64,000 nucleotides of DNA from a phage. The position numbers and the translations under genes were made by a program. The stretch lies in the NCBI GenBank assembly GCA_024572335.1, contig GCA_024572335.1_3052.1; one strand, 5' to 3'. This document shows positions 58,086 to 64,000 of this stretch, one piece after another (position 1 is the first letter of the stretch; each line of letters begins with the position of its first letter). The notes beneath the pieces are model-generated. The model ran no database searches, was not told the DNA's origin, and worked only from the letters and a program-made list of their open reading frames with translations.

Positions 58086-58555
58086 TCAGTGATAAAGTTA
58101 TTTAAATTTTGAGTGTATTTCTTTTCATCAAAAATCTTTTGCTGTCTGCGTAGCCGCCATGGCATTTCAATGAACACGCACCATATCCCAGATAATATTG
58201 CTGCAGTAAAAATATTAACAAGTATGGTTAAAAGAATCCAATCTCCTATTCTGTCCATTGGATTTTTTATAAAAAAGTAAAATACGAATGATGTCACAGG
58301 AAGACTAATAATATACCACAGAATCATAATTTTATCTGTGAACCAATCAGCGTTCGTTAACTTAGCGCGACCATTATGAATACACACGAATTTATCATCT
58401 GTTATAATAGATGGCTTAGCTGCTTGATATCCCATTCTAAACTCACTAATCAACAAATTTTTCATATCTTCGGAACAACCATTCCAGTCAACTCTATCAA
58501 CTGAAATGCCATCATCCCCATCATCTAAATCATACCAGCGAGTTTTTAAAATCAT
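58067..58555 (-). CDS. Membrane protein
   Basis: 162 aa; two predicted TM helices. Confidence 0.45.
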
Positions 58556-58914
58556 TTAATTTTCCTACAATCACTCACAAACTCTTCCATTGATTCTTTT
58601 TCAATATAAGACATGTAGCTATTATATTCCTTTAATTGTATTTTGTAATCTTTTTTTCTTTGCCAATTTATTTTAAAATTATCATAATGAAAATATAACA
58701 TGGTACCAAAGAATGAAAATAATGAAATAATTTTAGTATAGTGAAGTTCACTCCAAACTTCTATTATATTTACTGTGCCGTCAATGTTTAAAATAAGACA
58801 GTCAATTAACAATCCAAAAAGACTACCCGCAAGAGCTGCAGCCAACGCTACAGCAAAAATTAAAAATGACTCAGGAAGAGAATATTTGACTTTATTTAGT
58901 TTTGGCTTTTGCAT
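58552..58914 (-). CDS. Membrane protein
   Basis: 120 aa; predicted TM helices. Confidence 0.45.
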   Translation of the reverse strand: MQKPKLNKVKYSLPESFLIFAVALAAALAGSLFGLLIDCLILNIDGTVNIIEVWSELHYTKIISLFSFFGTMLYFHYDNFKINWQRKKDYKIQLKEYNSYMSYIEKESMEEFVSDCRKIK

Positions 58915-59288
58915 CGTGATTCCTTAACAAATTTCATAATTTCATCAAATTCATGCGCAGCAAGTTTAAGCTGATGTTCCTTTTTAATCTTTTTACACTG
59001 AGCTTTCCAATCACGTACACGTTTACGATAGTGTCTTCCTTGATACCAATATCCTATCCAATTTATAGGTACTAATAAAAGCGGAACTACCAATGGAAGA
59101 ATTAGTGTTGCTCCAAATATTGCACCAGATTCAATATCAGTCATAACGTCTATAACTATTCCAGCAATCAACAGAATCACAAATGATACGGCTACCACAG
59201 GACCTATTAACACATCAGTAGAAATTATCTGACGCTTTAATTCATACTTTAAGGGTTTACTTGGAAGATACATTGATGGCTTTGACAT
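58896..59288 (-). CDS. Membrane protein
   Basis: Track ORF 58896..59309 has TTG start; ATG at 59288 follows AAGGAA; two TM helices. Confidence 0.45.
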   Translation of the reverse strand: MSKPSMYLPSKPLKYELKRQIISTDVLIGPVVAVSFVILLIAGIVIDVMTDIESGAIFGATLILPLVVPLLLVPINWIGYWYQGRHYRKRVRDWKAQCKKIKKEHQLKLAAHEFDEIMKFVKESRCKSQN

Positions 59289-59862
59289 ATTCTCTACATT
59301 CCTTAACAAATTTTTCTAATAATAAATCGCTTTCAAAATTAGGATTTTCCACGAATTTATCAAAAAGATCATCGACAACAGTTAAGATATTCTTTTTATT
59401 AAGAATACGCTTATTTTCATATTTTGTTTCAGAGTCAACTATAAGAGTAAAGAAATATTTCTTTCCCTGAAATTTTACCGTAGTATCAATATAGAACAAA
59501 TTTGACTTTTGTAAATTACGTTTAAACCATGCGTCACTTAAACTGTAAACGCCAAGATAATCATAATCGTCATTTAAATAACAAACTGTCCATTCAGGAG
59601 AAATGAAATCAGTAAATTCAACATCAAAATCACACGTCAATGAATGAATTGATTCAATACTTTTAATGAGTATTCCAGGACGTATTAAAGACTTTTTACC
59701 TTTATAAAATCCAGAAAGACTTTCATCAGTTTCGTATGAAGACCCCCAATAATAATTACGTCCTTCTGCCATATGTTTAAGAGCATTTAGTAATTGATCT
59801 GGAACATCAACCTGTCTTTGGAACTCTTCAAACATTGAATTGAAATCACTTTGCATTTTCAT
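59257..59862 (-). CDS. Hypothetical protein
   Basis: 201 aa ATG ORF. Confidence 0.45.
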   Translation of the reverse strand: MKMQSDFNSMFEEFQRQVDVPDQLLNALKHMAEGRNYYWGSSYETDESLSGFYKGKKSLIRPGILIKSIESIHSLTCDFDVEFTDFISPEWTVCYLNDDYDYLGVYSLSDAWFKRNLQKSNLFYIDTTVKFQGKKYFFTLIVDSETKYENKRILNKKNILTVVDDLFDKFVENPNFESDLLLEKFVKECREYVKAINVSSK

Positions 59863-59882
59863 TCCTATTTACTCCAAGTAAT

Positions 59883-59898
59883 AGGGGCCGAAGCCCCT
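59883..59898 (-). terminator. Terminator-like hairpin
   Basis: AGGGGC-UUCG-GCCCCU then UAUUACUUGG. Confidence 0.55.
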
Positions 59899-59903
59899 TA
59901 TCA

Positions 59904-60497
59904 TTATTTCAGAGAATTAATATATTCCTGAACATCGGCAGAGGTAGTTTCAACCCCAGAAATATTGCCATTAAAGGTTTCAACTCGGGCAAGAGTATCT
60001 TCAATATCAACCTTAGTCAGCGCTGCAATTTCAACTACATCATCAGCAGTACTAATTCCGAGGGCATTCGCGGCGCGAGTTTCACGGATATATTCCAATT
60101 TAACTGCAAGTTCTTGGCGAGCATCATCTAACTCAACTACTTTCTTGGCGATTTCAATTCGCATTTCAGCATAACCATCAGCTTTAGTAGTCAACTGCTC
60201 AGCTGTTCGACGATATAGTAAACCAAGTTTAGCATGCATTGTTACATCTTGACCTTCCGAAAGAAGCTTGCGAATTTCACGCTCTTTTGATTCGGCCTGC
60301 TTATTCTTTTCGACAATAAGTTCACGAATACGCTTTTCTTCATTAATAGATTTAACAGAAGCAGTTTTTAGATCTTTAATCTTATCAAGTAGTTTTGCTG
60401 CTGCAGCAGTATACTGTTCTTCAACAGATAGATTTTTAGCCATAGCAGAACCAAGTTTAGTGCGAATAAACTCAACAATTTTCTTCAGTGTGTTCAT
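59904..60497 (-). CDS. Coiled-coil protein, PspA/IM30-like by composition
   Basis: 197 aa almost entirely helical heptad-like sequence; early promoter upstream. Confidence 0.45.
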
Positions 60498-60541
60498 AGC
60501 ATTTCCTTTAGTTAATTAAGGGTTTTATAATCCGTGGGAGT

Positions 60542-60571
60542 ATTATACTCTACTCCCAAGAGTTTGTAAAC
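60542..60571 (-). promoter_or_regulatory. Early-type promoter
   Basis: GTTTAC, about 18 nt, GTATAATA. Confidence 0.5.
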
Positions 60572-60904
60572 TTATTCTTCGTCCAATTCATCAATAAATT
60601 TATCGATACTACTATTAATAGACTCATCGATGATTAACAAAGCATCATCATCTATAATATTAATATTTTCTAAAGCATCAATATAAGCTTGATTGACTAT
60701 AGACCATGCCCTTTGAAAATATGGGGTTTCATCATCAGGACTGAACCAACGTACACCTTCAAAGATACGTTTAGCATAATCCAACACCCATTGTACAGGC
60801 ATGTTTTGAGAGCGTTCATTAAACTCTTCAAAGTCCTTAGATTCAAAAAGCTCTTCAGGATAATAATTTCTATTACAAAAAGCTTTACTAAAGTTACGTT
60901 TCAT
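60572..60904 (-). CDS. Hypothetical acidic protein
   Basis: 110 aa ATG ORF. Confidence 0.4.
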   Translation of the reverse strand: MKRNFSKAFCNRNYYPEELFESKDFEEFNERSQNMPVQWVLDYAKRIFEGVRWFSPDDETPYFQRAWSIVNQAYIDALENINIIDDDALLIIDESINSSIDKFIDELDEE

Positions 60905-60960
60905 AATGTTCTCCTCAAAGTTATAGGCTCATAATATCTCAATCATGAGCCTGTGTAAAC

Positions 60961-61224
60961 TTATTTCATATTATTGAAATATTCTTCAGCAATTTCATCA
61001 TTATCATGATAAACTTTAGAAGACAGTTTAACATAACTTTCAGCAGTGAACATGTTAATCACAACCTTTACAGTATACCACTGACCATCTTCATTACCCA
61101 TTACTGCGTAAGTTTCAAACAACGGATGATCAGGACCGATAACTTTAATATCATTCACTGTACGACCGAAATCTTCTGAAACACATTTCATAAAGAAGTT
61201 GAACAGTTCGCCGTAATTATCCAT
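60961..61224 (-). CDS. Hypothetical small protein
   Basis: Track start TTG at 61287 lies in a promoter; ATG at 61224 follows SD GGAGA. Confidence 0.4.
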   Translation of the reverse strand: MDNYGELFNFFMKCVSEDFGRTVNDIKVIGPDHPLFETYAVMGNEDGQWYTVKVVINMFTAESYVKLSSKVYHDNDEIAEEYFNNMK

Positions 61225-61265
61225 TTCGTTCTCCAAGTTGTTTTCTGTATCAGTAGTTGATAGTT

Positions 61266-61297
61266 GTATAGTACCATGGAAGGACAAGGATGTAAAC
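61266..61297 (-). promoter_or_regulatory. Early promoter of the repeated promoter-leader cassette
   Basis: GTTTAC, 17 nt, GGTACTATAC; conserved leader and SD GGAGA. Confidence 0.55.
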
Positions 61298-61327
61298 CGT
61301 TTTGTGAAAAAATTTTTAAAAAGTTTT

Positions 61328-61351
61328 GGGGAATTCTAGGGCAGGGAGGGG
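61328..61351 (+). other. G-quadruplex-forming motif in non-coding DNA
   Basis: GGGG-N7-GGG-N2-GGG-N1-GGGG on the plus strand in an otherwise AT-rich genome. Confidence 0.5.
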
Positions 61352-61434
61352 AAATCAAAGGATAGGATAATATATTATAAAGGGTAGAAACTAAATGATG
61401 TCTAGAGAGGCCTGGAAAGGCCTAGATACCAAAA

Positions 61435-61458
61435 AGCCCCAACCTTTCGGCTAGGGCT
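61435..61458 (-). terminator. Terminator after the IP-like gene (copy 1 of a repeated hairpin)
   Basis: AGCCCxAGCCGAAAGGUUGGGGCU bulged hairpin followed by U5. Confidence 0.65.
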
Positions 61459-61465
61459 AAGAATG

Positions 61466-61939
61466 TTATTTGATTTGTTTAGCAGACCAAATGCGGTCTT
61501 TAATAATTTTTTGGATGTCTTCAACATACTCAAGAGAGTGAGCATGTGGGTTATCTTTGAAACTATAAGCACGAGCTAACTTTTGACCTTCAGTTTTGAT
61601 TACTAAAAGCTCTTTAAGGATAGCTTCATATTTGGAGATAATTCCTTTAACAATATTTTTCTCTTGTGCGACTTTAGGATCTGCTTTAGGAGCAGGTTTA
61701 CCCGAAGCCTTTGCAAAAGCAGCGCCAGTAGCAACTAAACTTTTCCAGGCCATACTAACTGCATTTCCCGTAAATCCTTCTGCTTTCATGTCGCGAGCAA
61801 ATTGGAATCGTGATTCATCAGAAGCATCTTTATAGGAATATTTACCCGCTGCAATGGCTGCTTTTGCGACAGCTTGAATTTCGGTGCTAGACGCTTCATT
61901 TAACACCGCTTCATTTAAAAATTGAGTATATGATTTCAT
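61466..61939 (-). CDS. Internal-protein-like gene with capsid-targeting-like N-terminus
   Basis: 157 aa; N-terminal MKSYTQFLNEA; late promoter TATAAATA upstream; flanked by duplicated terminator hairpins. Confidence 0.5.
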   Translation of the reverse strand: MKSYTQFLNEAVLNEASSTEIQAVAKAAIAAGKYSYKDASDESRFQFARDMKAEGFTGNAVSMAWKSLVATGAAFAKASGKPAPKADPKVAQEKNIVKGIISKYEAILKELLVIKTEGQKLARAYSFKDNPHAHSLEYVEDIQKIIKDRIWSAKQIK

Positions 61940-61975
61940 CTTATTTCCTGTTTTAATTTGTAGATTTAATATACT

Positions 61976-61983
61976 TATTTATA
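61976..61983 (-). promoter_or_regulatory. Late promoter upstream of the IP-like gene
   Basis: TATAAATA on minus strand about 35 nt upstream of ATG 61939. Confidence 0.55.
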
Positions 61984-61989
61984 CTAAAA

Positions 61990-62013
61990 AGCCCCAACCT
62001 TTCGGCTGGGGCT
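61990..62013 (-). terminator. Terminator after the tRNA/stable-RNA region (copy 2 of the repeated hairpin)
   Basis: AGCCCCAGCCGAAAGGUUGGGGCU followed by U5. Confidence 0.7.
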
Positions 62014-62064
62014 AAGCCTTGCGGCAACCTTGTCGGGGTTCCACCTGCTAAGGCAAGTGTTTGT

Positions 62065-62157
62065 ACGAAACGCCGGGATTCGAACCCGGTTATCAAGCAG
62101 TTGACGCTACTCAATATTTTTAAAAGGCCATATCTCGACCATATCCGAACGTTCCGT
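62065..62157 (-). ncRNA. tRNA-like stable RNA candidate (T4 rnaC/rnaD-type)
   Basis: 8-bp acceptor-like stem (ACGGAACG/CGTTTCGT) enclosing a perfect T-arm CCGGG-TTCGAAT-CCCGG but about 60 nt of non-canonical internal sequence. Confidence 0.3.
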
Positions 62158-62324
62158 CAAAAACGCTACTCGGCTTACGGCAAAGATATTTCCTCGAATC
62201 GATAATTCGGTGCGCCGTTTCTGCTGTGATATAAGGGGACATTAACAAAACATAAAGATTTATTAATGCCAGTCCTTAAACAGGGAACATCAGTCCGACG
62301 ACTTACCGGTAGCGACCCGGTTTC

Positions 62325-62675
62325 TTAATATTCTTTTAAAGCATCAATCTGTTCACGGCGTTTACGCCATAAATCAATTGCTTCATACGCAGATTCAGCA
62401 TTTCGAATTAGCCGGCATTTATGTAAAGACTTATGATTTTGATATTGTGTAGATAATGGAATTGTATCTAAAAGGTCTTTACGATCAAAGTATTCGTAAC
62501 CATCTAAACCAAATGAACGATTTTTGAGAAATTGCCAATGGCCAAATTCATTTTCAACATAAACATAATCTGCATGCTGATAAAGTAAATTAATTACACG
62601 TTCAGAAATAGCAGTATCATTATGATTAAAATAGAATGTTAAATCATGAACTACTAAATAAACATTACCTTTCAT
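62325..62675 (-). CDS. Hypothetical protein within the tRNA region
   Basis: Track ORF 62325..62723 starts at TTG inside tRNA-Arg; ATG at 62675 follows SD GAGGA. Confidence 0.4.
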   Translation of the reverse strand: MKGNVYLVVHDLTFYFNHNDTAISERVINLLYQHADYVYVENEFGHWQFLKNRSFGLDGYEYFDRKDLLDTIPLSTQYQNHKSLHKCRLIRNAESAYEAIDLWRKRREQIDALKEY

Positions 62676-62693
62676 ATTTTCCTCACTTATAAT

Positions 62694-62770
<77 letters not shown>

Positions 62771-62777
62771 TATTTTG

Positions 62778-62849
62778 CGGACGTGATAGGATTCGAACCT
62801 ATAACCAATCGCTTAACAGGCGATCGCTCTGCCATTGAGCTACACATCC
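62778..62849 (-). tRNA. tRNA-Asn (anticodon GUU)
   Basis: Acceptor GGATGTG/CACGTCC, D-stem GCTC/GAGC, anticodon stem ATCGC/GCGAT, loop CTGTTAA, T-loop TTCGAAT; CCA not encoded. Confidence 0.8.
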
Positions 62850-62853
62850 AAAT

Positions 62854-62940
62854 TGGTGGGGAGTGGTGGAGTCGAACCACCCGAGTCGCAATGACAATGA
62901 ATTTACAGTCCACACCGCTACCTCTACGGGATAACTCCCC
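62854..62940 (-). tRNA. tRNA-Tyr (anticodon GUA), long variable arm
   Basis: Acceptor GGGGAGT/ACTCCCC, anticodon loop CTGTAAA, variable arm TGTCATTGCGACTCG similar to E. coli tRNA-Tyr; CCA encoded. Confidence 0.75.
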
Positions 62941-62949
62941 AAATTAATT

Positions 62950-63024
62950 TGGTGGCCCTGGGTGGAATTGAACCACCATCTGGCGATTATGAGTCGCTTG
63001 CTTGAACCTTCCAGCTACAGGGCC
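62950..63024 (-). tRNA. tRNA-Ile (anticodon CAU, lysidine-type as in T4) or Met
   Basis: Acceptor GGCCCTG/CAGGGCC, anticodon loop CTCATAA, T-arm GGTGG-TTCAATT-CCACC; CCA encoded. Confidence 0.75.
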
Positions 63025-63025
63025 T

Positions 63026-63101
63026 TGGTGCTGATTAACGGAATCGAACCGCCGACCTTCTCATTACAAGTGAGTTGCTCTACCTACTGAGCTAAATCAG
63101 C
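63026..63101 (-). tRNA. tRNA-Thr (anticodon UGU)
   Basis: Acceptor GCTGATT, D-stem GCTC/GAGC, anticodon loop CTTGTAA, T-loop TTCGATT; CCA encoded. Confidence 0.85.
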
Positions 63102-63106
63102 AAAAC

Positions 63107-63196
63107 TGGCGGAGGCGATAGGATTTGAACCTATGAGTCGCCGGAGCGACTGCCGGTTTTCAAGACCGGTGCATTAAACCACTCTGCCACGCCTCC
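63107..63196 (-). tRNA. tRNA-Ser (anticodon UGA), long variable arm
   Basis: Acceptor GGAGGCG, anticodon stem CCGGT/ACCGG, loop CTTGAAA, long variable arm; CCA encoded. Confidence 0.85.
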
Positions 63197-63198
63197 AG

Positions 63199-63272
63199 TC
63201 TCCATACAAGGATTTGAACCTTGGACCTCCTGATCCCAAATCAGGCGCTCTACCAAACTGAGCTACACGGAG
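63199..63272 (-). tRNA. tRNA-Pro (anticodon UGG)
   Basis: Acceptor CTCCGTG, anticodon stem CCTGA/TCAGG, loop TTTGGGA, T-loop TTCAAAT; CCA not encoded. Confidence 0.85.
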
Positions 63273-63282
63273 TAAATTAAAT

Positions 63283-63356
<74 letters not shown>

Positions 63357-63361
63357 AAATT

Positions 63362-63448
63362 TGGTGCGAGAAGTGGGACTCGAACCCACAAGGAAATCAT
63401 TCCGCAGCATTTTAAGTGCTGTGCCTTTACCAATTTGACCATTCTCGC
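63362..63448 (-). tRNA. tRNA-Leu (anticodon UAA), long variable arm
   Basis: Acceptor GCGAGAA, anticodon stem CAGCA/TGCTG, loop CTTAAAA, long variable arm, T-loop TTCGAGT; CCA encoded. Confidence 0.85.
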
Positions 63449-63449
63449 G

Positions 63450-63522
63450 CTGGGAATAAAGGACTCGAACCTTTGCATCCTGGAATCAAAATCCAGTGCC
63501 TTACCAACTTGGCTAATTCCCA
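63450..63522 (-). tRNA. tRNA-Gln (anticodon UUG)
   Basis: Acceptor TGGGAAT/ATTCCCA, anticodon stem CTGGA/TCCAG, loop TTTTGAT; CCA not encoded; separated from tRNA-Leu by 1 nt. Confidence 0.85.
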
Positions 63523-63619
63523 ATTATTAACAAAGGCTCTCAAGCAAGAACCCTTGATGATAGAGGGTATTAATCAGTGCGGTATGAGTTAATAATAACA
63601 AATAATTCTTAAAGCATAT

Positions 63620-63907
63620 TTACCATTTATGATAATACATATTTACGATGCACTCAAGACCCAAAGGATTCTTGAAAATATCATATTCAAGAGGACCTTT
63701 TTCTGTTTCAATAAAGAAATCAAAATTTACTGTATTAAATTTACGGTCTTCCTTCACTAATTTAACTTGAGAAGATGAACGGTCAACATAAACCTTTTCA
63801 ACTTCAAAACATGTTAAAACGCCATAATCATCAATCAAGGCTTTAGCCGCGTCTTGATCATATTTATATCCATTTTCAATGGACGATACTTTAGCATAAA
63901 GAATCAT
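63620..63907 (-). CDS. Hypothetical protein upstream of the tRNA cluster
   Basis: 95 aa ATG ORF. Confidence 0.4.
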   Translation of the reverse strand: MILYAKVSSIENGYKYDQDAAKALIDDYGVLTCFEVEKVYVDRSSSQVKLVKEDRKFNTVNFDFFIETEKGPLEYDIFKNPLGLECIVNMYYHKW

Positions 63908-64000
63908 TATTACCCTTCATCAACAATAGTATGAGTGTGGGCATTTACAATTTGCCACCAATCAAAGCGATTAGAACCATACATTGGTTTGTTCTCATTT
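63908..64000 (-). CDS. 3' end of a gene truncated by the window edge
   Basis: Open frame running off the window end, stop at 63908..63910; C-terminus ...RFDWWQIVNAHTHTIVDEG. Confidence 0.3.

Overview
This window is a contiguous block of a T4-like (T-even, Tevenvirinae) phage genome, and almost every gene is on the minus strand. Running from low to high coordinates it covers the dexA-dda-modA-modB region, soc, gene 56, dam, the replisome genes (61, 41, uvsX, 42, 43, regA, 62, 44, 45, 46, 47), agt, gene 55, nrdH/nrdG/nrdD, 49, nrdC, a long stretch of small and mid-sized accessory ORFs, tk, regB, lysozyme e, nudE and a cluster of 10 tRNA genes. Identifications rest on recognisable protein motifs and on recalled T4 gene order and sizes; no database search was run. 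The phage is not T4 itself: a different glycosyltransferase sits at the beta-gt locus, there are two extra tRNAs (Tyr, Asn), nrdD has no intron, and no homing endonuclease ORFs are apparent. The ORF track allows GTG/TTG starts and often over-extends N-termini; where I checked, I moved the start to an internal ATG with a Shine-Dalgarno. Regulatory signals are dense and regular on the minus strand: early promoters (GTTTAC -35, about 17 nt, TATAAT-like -10), late promoters (TATAAATA) and terminator hairpins with C-UUCG-G loops. The most interesting candidates are three ORFs with capsid-targeting-like N-termini, a membrane protein/nucleotidyltransferase-like pair beside an AAA+ ATPase, a macro-domain protein, and an array of proteins sharing a coiled-coil C-terminus. 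None of these could be confirmed as novel from sequence alone.
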